Source of the DNA: Paraglomus brasilianum | Taxonomy: Eukaryota | NCBI GenBank assembly: GCA_910592345.1 | Contig: CAJVPI010000150.1 | Span: 1-48,497, forward strand | Direction of reading: 5' to 3' | Length of the DNA stretch: 48,497 bases | Shown: piece after piece, positions 12,163 through 23,547 of the stretch | Numbering within the stretch: the first letter of the stretch is position 1 | Layout: each line of letters begins with the position of its first letter | The notes under the pieces: generated by a model | What the model was told of the DNA's origin: nothing | The model's database searches: none | The model's input: the letters and a program-made list of their open reading frames with translations, nothing else | Made by a program: the position numbers and the translations under genes

Positions 12163-13973
12163 ATGTCGATAACGATACTTCCCCACCGCCTCCGATTACT
12201 CTCTATTCCCAAAGCTTCTCTTCGTCAATTTACCCAATCACTCATTCGTAACATTATCTTTCCCCCTGATGATCAATCCATATTCTCTATCACAGAGACA
12301 GCATTTGAAATCTCTATTGTCGCAGATGCGGAAACAATAGAGAGAGACTTTGTGAGATTCAGAGAAGGAACCAATATTGAGATTATGGATGATTTGTTTA
12401 GGGCCTTGGTGCTTGGTGATGAGGGTCTGGGTATGTTTAATGAATGTGGGGCAATTGGGTCTATATGAATGTAACAGACAGTATCGGTAATAGCCGTTGC
12501 AATTCTAAAGACACATACATTACTAATAATTTATTCTAACCACATTTTCTAGTAGACAATTCGGGAAAAAGAATAAACGATATCTCATATTTCCTTTCTA
12601 GAGTCGGTGTGTCTGTCTTCTATCTTTCTACTTACCAAGAGGATATTGCCTTGGTAAGTCCATCCTCCTATATTACTTTCCTCTGATTTTGATCATGATC
12701 AACAATGTCATCATCGTATAAACAATGCGTCATAATCCGATAACTTACACAAAGGCAGGCAGTAGCACAGTAATTAATAACATATTCGCTTGTATTCTTA
12801 ATTTAGGTAAAGGAAAAACGTCTTCCGCTAGTTGTGCAAACCCTCTGCCCGACATTCACATTCACCAGTGAGTCGCCTTCATTCTCATCAGTACCTTTGA
12901 CACCCACTGACCGAAACGCACCAAGGGAGATGTCCTTTGCAGTACCTTGGACAGCTGAACGGCCTTTTGATTCGCCAGTGATTATGGTAGGCGATAGTTC
13001 GCATATGCATTCGGACAACCCCTTTTTTTCTGGAATGATAGTTGAATTTGAAGATCAGGGAACAATGGGAAAGCCAAACGATGAAGAAATTGCGGCTGAG
13101 GTTAGACGACAATGTACCAAACGTGTCATTCCACATCGACTGAAAATGGTTGGGTTGAACAGGCAAGGGCATGAGAATGTTGAATGTTGGATATGGGATT
13201 GTTGTTCCCTGTAGAAGATGCGTGTTGGCTGACATGTGTCGTACTAAGTTGTGTTCGAAATTTGTAGGGAGTACATCGAAAGCGTGAGAACAATTCTCTT
13301 GAAGGTCATATTCTTTCCTGATTTACTTCAGAATCAAGTGAGGTAAAAAAGAAAAAGAAAAAGAAAAAGGAACTTATTTTTATGGCACCGATTATTTGTT
13401 TATTTATTTGTCATTGTTAAAACCATTATTATTATTCTATCGTTTATTACCATATCAAACCAGCGGATCAGATTCCCGGTTTTTTTCCTATACAGCTACC
13501 TCGGAAGGTATAACCATCGTCACTGATGAGGCTGTGCTCGAAGAATTCCCTGAACACACATTGAACATGAGCAGCGTTCCTATTCTGCTCAAATGTATCT
13601 ATATCGACATATCTCGCTTTGGACTGTAAGTTTTGTAATTTAGTATTCCGGATTTTAATCTTTGATGGGCTTAGATGATTGATTTTCATTGTATAGGGAC
13701 AAATACGGTGTTCTGTACTCAATATCTAATCCTTTGATCTCGAACGGAATAAACTTACTATATTTGAGTACGTTGAAGACTGCAAACGTTCTGGTAAGTG
13801 TGCGATATGCAGGAAACCTGATTTGAAATTGATATCAACATAATGAGATTCTGCAAAACTGGTTTATGTAATACAATTTCTATATCCCTGTTTAGGTGCA
13901 AGATTGCGATCTTGACAAAAGTTTCAGAATCCTTGCGCAAACCGGTTCGCTCGAAGACAGCATGCAGTTATGA
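12163..13973 (+). CDS. CASTOR/GATS-like ACT-domain protein (~377 aa)
   Basis: Seven exons: 12163..12430, 12556..12653, 12807..13162, 13268..13342, 13464..13625, 13697..13793, 13896..13973 (1134 nt, in phase). Duplicated motifs FSITETAFEISIV / FFSYTATSEGITIV and VSVFYLSTYQEDIALV / INLLYLSTLKTANVLV are typical of CASTOR ACT repeats. Intron 3 is GC-AG. Confidence 0.85.
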
Positions 13974-15016
13974 TTTAACAACGTTAGTCAGAACATATAT
14001 ATATAATCGTTAAACGGAATCTTTGTTCATATAATATATCATATTGTTGTAAATAACCCCTCTCAAACTATTTCTCTCAGAATCATTTTCTCTCTTCGCG
14101 ATATTTCTCTCGATTTTCTTTTCGTTTCTTCGTATCTGCGAGTTTTATGAAAACTTTCAAAATATTATATTATATGCTTTATAAGTTATTCATAAGCTGT
14201 GACGAACAAAAACCCCCATATGATAAATAAATGGAATTAGAGTAGGGAAAAGACTACAAAAAAAAGTGGGGTGGAGATAACGATGTGATCATTCATTGTG
14301 TCGATTGATATCTGTGACAAAATTCTCATGATAGTCAATGTGCGTGTCCCCAATGAAGAAAAAATCTAATGTGTGTGATAATGACGACTTGTACACAGAA
14401 ATTGCGTATTATCGATTAGTATGTTATATATTGGTTTTAGTAATTGCTTCGGTGAACAATCTCACATTCTCAAGAGATAATCCAAATCTATAACCCATGT
14501 CATCTATGTATCGAACGTTGGTGACTTCCTAACATTATCGTTATCTTCAGATGCAGGAGTAAAGGTTTGAGGAAACCGATCATGTGGATGTTTATCGTAT
14601 TACGTGATCTACTGATATAATCAGGAATTTATCCGATATGTTACACAACGCCAGTGTTACACGGCCAAAAATATTTCCTTTTTCACTGAAATTTCACCCC
14701 CCAAAGTTGTCCCTAAATTCCACCGTGTAACATGTCGGATAATATCCCGATTATGATGCTAATAATTTCACCCTTGCAACTTCGCTTCACATTTACAACA
14801 ATCGTCAACCTCGCTTCATTGTTTCCTACTTTTCAGATATCCATTTTCGGTGCAATTGAGCAGTTAGACCTTGTTCTTTGGGGATTACCATTTGTAAGTT
14901 GTACATTATCATTAACGAGGTACGTTTGATAAAGTAATTTAAGAGCATCCTGGTGGATAAAAATAACTCTTTGAGTTAACGAATTGCGGCATAATATTTG
15001 TAGATACTAGACTTTG

Positions 15017-15108
15017 CTTCCCTTAATACAACACATCCCGAACTGCGGCAAGATACTAGGACTTTTGCTAAATTTTGCATACATTCTCTTCCCTTAATAC
15101 AACACATC
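15017..15108. repeat. Local duplication with a 21-bp exact direct repeat CTTCCCTTAATACAACACATC
   Basis: Copies at 15017..15037 and 15088..15108; flanking AGATACTAG(G)ACTTT and TGCGGCA are also duplicated. Confidence 0.9.
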
Positions 15109-15129
15109 GACGGGATTATTTGTAATTGC

Positions 15130-15520
15130 GCATTATAAAGAAACGACGTTCATAACCAGCCCACACAAATTTCAGCAACAAACACTCTGGAATGAGTTTT
15201 ACTTGTCGACATTCGGGAACTTCGATGATGTAGACTATTTTGGTATCTCTTCCATGACACGACGTTGAATGCGGATAGAGAAAGCAAATAGAACAATGGA
15301 ATGAATAACACTTGTCACGTCAGGTTTGCCTACTCCCTGCCGTAAGCCGAATAGCACGACTCCTCACAACATCAACCACTCTGCGTTAGTCTCATTCTCT
15401 CATTGCTCGTTCGATGTCATTGCGGAAGATTGCATGTTCCGACAGAGTTTCAGCGTAGATATATCCGATAAGGGTCGCGAAACGAAGACATCACGATGTA
15501 TCATACAATGATGTACAATG
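15130..15520 (-). pseudogene. Possible decayed RecQ-type helicase fragment
   Basis: Minus-strand GVGKPDVTSVIH resembles RecQ GMGIDKPDVRxVIH. Downstream IVYIIEVPECRQVKL resembles the RecQ Zn-binding CRR segment. Many stops and frameshifts. Confidence 0.35.
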
Positions 15521-15782
15521 GTGGGGTCGTTAGATCAAATTTACAACAATTTCTGTTCCGTTGTAACAGGAACTTCATACCGTTATAACAACGAACTCCA
15601 AATCGATCGACAAGGCAAGAAAATGAAAGGGAATTAATTACATGACTGAATATAAAAGTCTATGGATTTATACAAGCAACACCTTTGCTGGATCGCGTGA
15701 TGCAACGAACAGTCCGCGAGATGAAGTTGGATGGTACTTGCGTGTTACTCGGTCCGTTATCATAAAATCTATTTTACAGATA

Positions 15783-15916
15783 CAGTCGTACCTCTACAGT
15801 CACACGGTCGGATCCGGTGGACTATAAAGTGGGTGTGTTCTTTCATCATATGCGTAACTGATCGGTTCCGTAAAAACATGTGAAGGTATTGCAAGAGAGG
15901 GTTGTAGAGAGTACTG
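15783..15916. mobile_element. Degenerate pogo-like MITE candidate
   Basis: TA|CAGTCGTACCTCTAC at the left and GTAGAGAGTACTG at the right form an imperfect inverted pair; the right TA is not preserved. Confidence 0.35.
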
Positions 15917-18003
15917 AAGAACAAGAATCTATATTACATGATTGCAATCCAAGAATTCGTGGGTTGAGAAAGAGTCAGTCGACAAAAAAAATAAAAATTT
16001 TTAATATCTGCTTATTAACCAGAAAAGCCAAAATCCTACAACATGCGGTCACCAATACGCAAATGGGATATGGCAGAGACAACTGGCTTATGAATATTAG
16101 GCAGCTTGTATCAACTAGGTATTACGATGAAAAATGAAGAAAATGGGATAATTGAAATTTTAAATAAATGCGAATAGTGAGATCACTAACGTTGTTGTTG
16201 ATACTTTACTTACGGGTGTATAATATGTTATCCTGATGCCTAATTCCATTGGAATATATTTCTCATTGATAGCGCCCAAGAGGTCAGAGTCTTTTAGTGG
16301 TTTTATAACACAAAATAGATTTTATAGAGTGAAATTCATTATTTACATCCTTAACTCGAGTAGAGGCAAGACTGTATGCAATAATAATATATTAAAAACA
16401 TCGAAGGGTAGGAATTTTTGCTAAGATATTCGATACTTGATCAGATCTATTTATCTTAAAGTGGCTCAATTTGTTCATAATCTCGGCAGTTTTCTTCCTC
16501 GTTAAATGATTGTAGTAATGGTGAGGTTATACTATTTAAATCGCAAGAGTCTTTTTATATAACAATAATCTCGTTTTCGGGTAATTATACTTATTACAGA
16601 GAACGCTTCCAATCCGCTATAAGGATGCTCCGTTGCCATGACGAAGCATCAAATAGACGCGGTTCTAATTTCCTGATAAGATTTCTTATCAATTCTCGTG
16701 GATAAATTTTCCCTCTGTGGAATTTATTGCCAAAATTAGGCGTTCACGACTATTGGTGCCTCGCCTATGGAATAACTAAGAAAGACTCGAATTGTGATTC
16801 AAGAAAAAATAGCAAACAAACTTGGAAGTAAAATGCGCAGAAAAGTGCACTACGTTATATACAGTATAACGCGTCGTTTGCACATTACACGAATACGCGC
16901 GGTTCCATATTGACAACTTGATTGTCAACCACAATCACGACTTTACATTGCTTGACATATTTATTCAATTTTTGTGTGACACGTGATATAAGAATTCCAA
17001 TTGTGTAACGAATGGTATAGGTGGCTTGTATCATAAACTATGTCCATGTCGTCCGAGATATGTTTGCTGCTTAATGGTAAACTTATATCAGCTTATCGGG
17101 AACGGACTTCAAACCATGTGTTACATTTGAATAGGCAGAAAATGCAAGTAAGCAAAACCTCTTCCTTGAAACACTCTCGAACGAAGCAAGGACAATATGT
17201 TGACTATGGTAAAGCCTGCAATTTTATACAAGCGTCTCACTCTAAACTGCCGGGATTGTTTTCTTGACAGGCTGAATTTGCAACTCAATGTGACAAACGA
17301 CAGGAAAGGCGTTAATGTCAACGCTTTCAAACACGAATACTGGCACTAAGATACTACATAGATTGAAACAAGTTCATACGCGTCGTTAACACAAGAGCAG
17401 ATATTTTATCGTCATGCTACAACACGCTTAAAGCTGTACTGGAAACTGTATAAAGTTTAAAAATAATGTATTATATTTAAGAAGAAGGTATAAATCGTCA
17501 TATCTTGATGATCGATGTCTGTGGCTTTTATACAACAGTAAGGCTTGCCTTGTAATTATCATTCTTTTTCACATTCCAGTCTATTGACAGTTTGCTGTCA
17601 TTACGATGACATAGAGGTTGATTTGAGTCCGGTACCTCAGGACGATGCAATCACCATAATTACCGTCTTGTCTGATTGCTCTTTCAAACTTCCATTACGA
17701 TATTATGTTTGGCTGACTCGATTTGTTACGTTAGTTTGATATAACCTGGCCAATGTGACTTACTTTATTTTATCATTCAACCAGGAAAAGCAGAATGCTT
17801 CTAAATACTCTACAAGATAACTGCTGATATGTTAAGATTCTACAGAGATGTCTCGCCAGAACTCGAAGGTCTTGAGCAAGTAGTGTTAAATATAAAATGC
17901 TCGAAAATGATTGACTTTTTATATCTATTAGCACCTACGGTAGCATGAAAATGAAACCATCAGCACATCCTTGTGCAGGCAGAACCAGATTGTGGAAGGA
18001 AGT

Positions 18004-18749
18004 CTATCGTACTGATGTCGAGCCAGCACATCCGATTAGATTTAGACTTCCATGTGCACCATTTCTTCGATGATGGTTATACTTGCTTGCCTCTTCCTTC
18101 CGTATTGTCCGTGTTTGTGCTCTCGTTGACAGCCGTGCATGCAAATGACCAAGTTTTATTTCTGTTAATCGTTTTTGCTCTTCCAGAAGTGCAAGTGTAT
18201 CCTTCTTTATTAATAAATCATTCTCTGCATCGTTAATTACCACTTTGTCAAGATTAAAGTGTTCTTTCAATTTATTTATCTCTTTGGTTTGTTCTTTTAT
18301 CAATTTATGAAGAAGTTTATTTTCATGTTCTAATGTATCTATCTAGATAATATTATGCAAAAATATATCAGTACTATTGGAGTGGTATGTAGCAAACATA
18401 CACCAAAAAAAGTTTTATACATGATACATTGTGCTTGAGTAACACTTACATCCATCAAACTGTCATCTAATACCTCTTCCTCTTCATTCAACATTGTATC
18501 AACATGGATATGGTTTATATGCTCCTCAAGTTCCTCCTTATTAGTGAAAAACGCATAACACCCGAGCCAAAAGCAAATAAATTGCTTCTTTACTGCATCA
18601 AAGCCAATATGCTCCGAGTGTATATGTTGATCAAGTTCATTTATTGAGATAAAGTCCATAGTACAATTAGACCAATTACAAAGGCATCTGCCATCTGCTG
18701 GTGGGGTTAAAAAACTAGATAAAGATTGTGTATCTGATGACTGGCTCAT
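18004..18749 (-). CDS. C2H2 zinc-finger protein (two GLI/Zic-type C-x-W-x2-C fingers) plus coiled-coil, ~212 aa; possibly the 5' part of a longer decayed gene
   Basis: Exon1 18450..18749 (CNWSNC..F..L..HI..EH; FICFWLGC..F...L..HI..IH), GTAAGT..TAG intron, exon2 18004..18342 in phase 0 (IDTLEHENKLLHKLIKEQTKEINKLKE). Confidence 0.7.
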
Positions 18750-19249
18750 ATTCCACCCTTCTCCAACAGTGACTTATTTAGGTACTAAGACAAAGAGTGA
18801 CTTTGAGTGAATAATAAGAGGAATGTTTTAGGAAAAATTGGGTAAGGAAAGATTCAAAGATAGGAGATAGATAGGGAGATGGTTGGGTTGGTTGTTGTCA
18901 TACAAAACATGTACTAGGCAAGGATGTACAAGGTTGTGACATATTGTTATTGCACAATACAGTATTTGATCATCCAATAGATAACCAACAAATGTATTAC
19001 ACTATGGTCAAGTGATAATTGCCGAACGTGTATTTAATTATATTTGGGACGACTATTCTATTTTACTGCTGGGATTATTTTATATTTTGCTAAAAAAAAA
19101 AGCACAAAAAAGTACTAATAATATTATCCATTAAAGTCACAACTATCAAGCAAATGAACTTCTTATTGGGAAATATAAGTATGTTTAAACTATCAGAGGA
19201 TGAATATCAATATTGCCAATTACAGTATATAGCATTTATCCATTCAAAA

Positions 19250-19650
19250 GTCTCCCCACAGTCTGCTGAATGGCCTGCTTGATCGTAATTGAAGAATTAC
19301 TTGCCAAGTTTATGCAAATTGCCTTTGAACTATTGCACAATAAATGGTGTATATTAATATGTTAGTGTAGACAATGCATTATATGAGCTTGTACTTGTCA
19401 ACGTTATAGTAATAGGGTGCATTCTTGTAACAGCACAAGTTGTTATTATGTTAAGCAACTTTTTCTCGCCGTTTTTTACAACTTGTATTCATTTTGCCCA
19501 CATAGAAATGTTTGTAATAAAAGAAACAGGCCCAATACTTGGTTGCCATCAAAGATAGTCAATGCTTCTGCTCAAATATTAATCTTTATATGTTAACAAA
19601 CACAGTTACTTTTTATTCAATGACAAAGAATGCTAGCTAGTCTTCTCATA
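19250..19650 (-). pseudogene. Possible MULE/FAR1-like transposase relic
   Basis: KYWACFFYYKHFYVGKMNTS at 19481..19540 resembles the MULE W-A-x6-F-x2-G-x2-T-T/S-x-R-x-E segment; flanked by stops. Confidence 0.25.
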
Positions 19651-20299
19651 CATACTTGGTTACGTAAACTTGAAATTTCCGTTCTCACGTTGACCACTTA
19701 TAGGTTCGATCCTACCCCTATTTGTTAGCTCCTAACAAATTCACCTTCCCACGTCTCCACTTGCTAACCTTTCATAATATATTTTAGGCGTATCACACAT
19801 TTCATTATGCAAGTCAATGCAATTCATAAATTTCTGATTATCTATAGAAGAAAGCCAATAATATACAAACCCTTTGTTTTTATGGCCGCTGCTGATGCTG
19901 ACTTTTTTTTTTTCTCATTTACGCTGCGAGAGTATTGCCAAGTCTATGAAAACGTTCTCTCATCTTCTGCAGAAGACAGTTAATCCTATGTGCAATTTGC
20001 TGAGACACAATACTTCAAGAGTCTCATAAATTAAAATTACTTCTACGGTCTTAGAAACTTTGGAACGAAGACACGGTGACTTGCACTCGGCGAAAGAGAA
20101 AAAGAGTGCCTCCTACTTGGGAGGTCGAGATGTGTAATAAGCAGCCCGTTTCAGCATCGCCAAAAATAGCAACCCTGCAGGTTCGTCTTTAGTCCCTTCT
20201 ACTTTGACGATCTTATGACATGAAGAGAACAACGGATGAATATATTTCCATTAAATTGTGTAACATTTCATTTCTTGCATGATTAAACGTGCAACCATA

Positions 20300-21900
20300 T
20301 AATAATAAACAGGCTTCGACTAGTAAAAGAAGTTGGACTTGTTAACAGACATTTGGCAATCAATAATCTTATGAAATCAACGTTGTTATCAGAAAGGATT
20401 GGTTTCTGGTTTGTATTCGATGTAAACGAGATATTCGTACTTTGGACCAAATATGATATATTGGAAGATACCAGTGGTTGACATCGATATCATGAGGCTT
20501 AAATAATCGATTAACTTTACAGCTCACCTATTATGTTATTAGAAAGAGCTTCTCTTTTTATAAACTAAGAATTGCAGATATACTGTATTAAAGCAGAGAT
20601 CTTTCCTCCATTACCACGCTTTTTAGACAGTACGCGATAAATGCATCTATAAATAACTTAACGAATCTATTCACCGTTCAGAGTAATCAATACATTGATA
20701 TTTCTCAATTGCTGCCTTGACCAAAGTTAGACGTGGAAATAATGATATATGCATAACTTGGTTTGTTTTGAACCATTGTGGATCCAATCAGGAAGGTATT
20801 ACGAAAATTACTGCAAGTCTTGTCATTGTAATCCATGTGACAACACGGAAAGAAACGAGAATCCATTCAGTTCCGCATAATTGTCGATGAGTTAGTGTCA
20901 ATGGTCGTTCTCAATTTAGAATGATCTCAATATTAAAATTTGTGTATGAATCCTCGGCTACAAATCTATAAAGTATCTATACAAGGAAACTCGGAGGGAT
21001 ATCATGTAATAAAGCAAGCAATAACCCGTTTGTTATGTATGGACGACGCATCAGCAAAAAAAACCACCATTACGATCAGCTGATTTTGTGCTATCAGCCG
21101 ATCAACTGATTAATCATGATAATGGAGCGATGCTTATTTTGAGAACACGCAACTTTCCATGGTTGTTTTTTGACTTTCTTGACTTCTGCGGCTTTCTGCG
21201 CCACAACAGATATACGGTATGCTTAAACAGTGGCATAAGCAAGTTGCATTCGTTCGACTTGGTTACAACAAGCGTACATTAATAACCTATTCAATCTATT
21301 TGTTGGTTATGTTGATTTGTACAGGTTAATAATGATGATTCTGTTTCATAAGTTTAGTAATGGGCGCCGTAAGTTGGCACATTACATACCGGCATTTCGA
21401 TCTCTTATCAGTCCAGATATTGAACATAGATTATTGGCTTTGGCGATGAAACAGACCTTATGAGGCTCACCGAGCTTTGAAATAGGAGGCATTGTTATTG
21501 AAAGTGACGTAAGGATAGATCTTGATGAGATAGAATTACTATCATTGGAATATAAATTCTTACCAAGCGTTATTCTAAGGTAGGCCACGACAGATTTGAC
21601 GAAAATAAGAACGTAAACGCGGTTGGTTGATTACGCACACCTGAGCTGGTGGATGGTCTTCAGAATGCTTCAGGAAAGGAAATGAAAATTTGCGTTTATG
21701 CGAAGTGATTAAGAATATGTTAAACTTGTACGAAATACTGTTATTGGGCGTCCGGTCAACCATCTTCACCATGAACATCTGAAATGGCCAAATCACGGAA
21801 TTAGCGAATACCATAGATGGTCATCGGGATAGAATAACTGTATAAACAAAAACTTTAAACACTGGACATTTTTGGTGGAGCAACCCTTCAGAGCCCTATC
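20300..21900 (+). pseudogene. Unidentified heavily decayed coding relic (TE-like)
   Basis: Protein-like stretches broken by stops (VCIRCKRDIRTLD; GRRKLAHYIPAFRSLISPDIEHRLLALAMKQTL*GSPSFEIGGIVIESDVRIDLDEIELLSLEYKFLPSVILR*) and an intron-like GT..CAG at ~21274-21324. Family not recognised. Confidence 0.25.
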
Positions 21901-22446
21901 AAATTTTATAATATAACAAACAATATATAAGGCGTAATTCATGTATGTACTAGTCATTAAATGATCGTGCGACTTTTCCACTTAATTTTAATCTACTGTT
22001 GAGAAGATAGTTGAAAGAGACGTCATGAAGAGATTGAATGCTATAAGGATTAGTTCTTCACACTCCTGAAGTATTAAACACAACAGGATACAGACATGGC
22101 CAACTGAGCAATACGATTGACGATAAAGCTCTAATATAATAAGGATATGATCGTTGTGCTAGCCGGATGCTACATATAATAACTTATATCTTCTTATATT
22201 GATACAACGACCTTCCACTAAATAATAAAATAACACACGAAATAAGAGGGTTCGAAATTTTATTATATATTCATACTTTAACTTCCTGTTTACGTTGCAA
22301 TTCAGTTAGAACAGCTAAGGTTTCAACCTTTTGGGCTTTTTTAATAATTTCGCCAATGTCTTTTAAATGATAGCAATTTTCGCGAGACGCTCTTTCATAA
22401 CTTGGCGAAAAGTTAGATCAAAGTGGATTGCTTAGTTGCCTATATA

Positions 22447-22790
22447 CAGTGTGTAACGCAAAAAATAGCTCTTCGAACGCGTATATGTTGATGTAATATA
22501 AATTATTTTGTTTCAGGTGATTTTTTTTATGGTTTGATGTAAACACTTATGGTTGTTTGTAAAACTGTCAAAAAGTTTCAACCTTTGTTTTACTCAACTT
22601 TATCTTTTCTGTATCTCAATCAAGTTTGAATACACAGGGCGGCTTGCCCTAAATCCTATAGAAAAGTTATGGCATTTGACCAAAAAAGTTAGTGCGGTTT
22701 ATAGTCGAAGAATGAAATTCTATTTCTGATAAAATGCTAATGGTAAGCTAATGATGGAAAATATGGCACTGCTCATAAGCTATTGAATAA
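22447..22790 (+). mobile_element. Internally deleted Tc1-family derivative
   Basis: TA|CAGTGTGTAACGCAAAAAAT at 22447 resembles the other two TIRs. LNPIEKLWHL at 22649..22678 matches the Tc1 DLNPIENxW motif only ~200 bp from the TIR. Right end not identified, so the end coordinate is approximate. Confidence 0.6.
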
Positions 22791-23391
22791 AGTATATAAT
22801 AAAGCTCATTCAATAACACAAGCTGTCTTGTGCGATGAATCGCATGATTAACATAACTAACACCTTACCAACAACTTCCGCTTTAATTTCTTAAAGACAT
22901 TAAATTCAAGACTCACGTACATAAAATCACGCTAGAAAAAAGTATCGGGCATATGATTTAGGGTTGCAAACAAGGCATAGCTTACGTACATAATATTGAA
23001 TGCCTGAATCTAGTGGTAGTTTTCGAGTTTCATGACCATAATTGTTAACATAATAATAATTGATGATTGGGAGGCTAGTAAATGCATTTGCGCAACACGA
23101 TACATCCATGATGCCAGATAGGGTTTTTAACTTCATGGTGCCTTTCCTTGTTGCTAACACAAGTTTCGTCTATTGGTTTGTCACATTTCCGGCAAAATGA
23201 CATTAACGTAAATTATATTTGACCAGCTCGAATTGCGCTGAAACTGGGCACACAATTATTGGTATGTCCAGTAATTACAGCAATCTTTTGCTGTAATTTT
23301 GTTCCTCGATAGTGGAAAATCTTGAGGTTCTATTACCAAGTATATCTGAGACGGTCCATTGATTGATGGGCCGATCTGGTGCGAGGTATTA

Positions 23392-23547
23392 CAAGCGGCT
23401 TCGATATAAGAAAGTAATCGGGCCCTTTTTTTATATCGAGATTTTCTTATAACGAGAGTTATTTGTTATATCGAGTTCAACAAGAAATTTTCTTATAGGT
23501 CATATTTCTTATATTATCAAAATGGCTCTTATATCGAGAGCCACTTG
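23392..23547. mobile_element. 156-bp Tc1/mariner/pogo-superfamily MITE with TA target-site duplication
   Basis: TA|CAAGCGGCT-TCGATATAAGA ... TCTTATATCGAGAGCCACTTG|TA (TIRs differ by one substitution and one indel); internal TTATA(T/A)CGAG motif repeated four times. Confidence 0.85.

Noticed and set aside
19703..19712. GGTTCGATCC B-box / T-loop-like motif
   Set aside because: No cloverleaf or A-box at the proper distance; not a tRNA.
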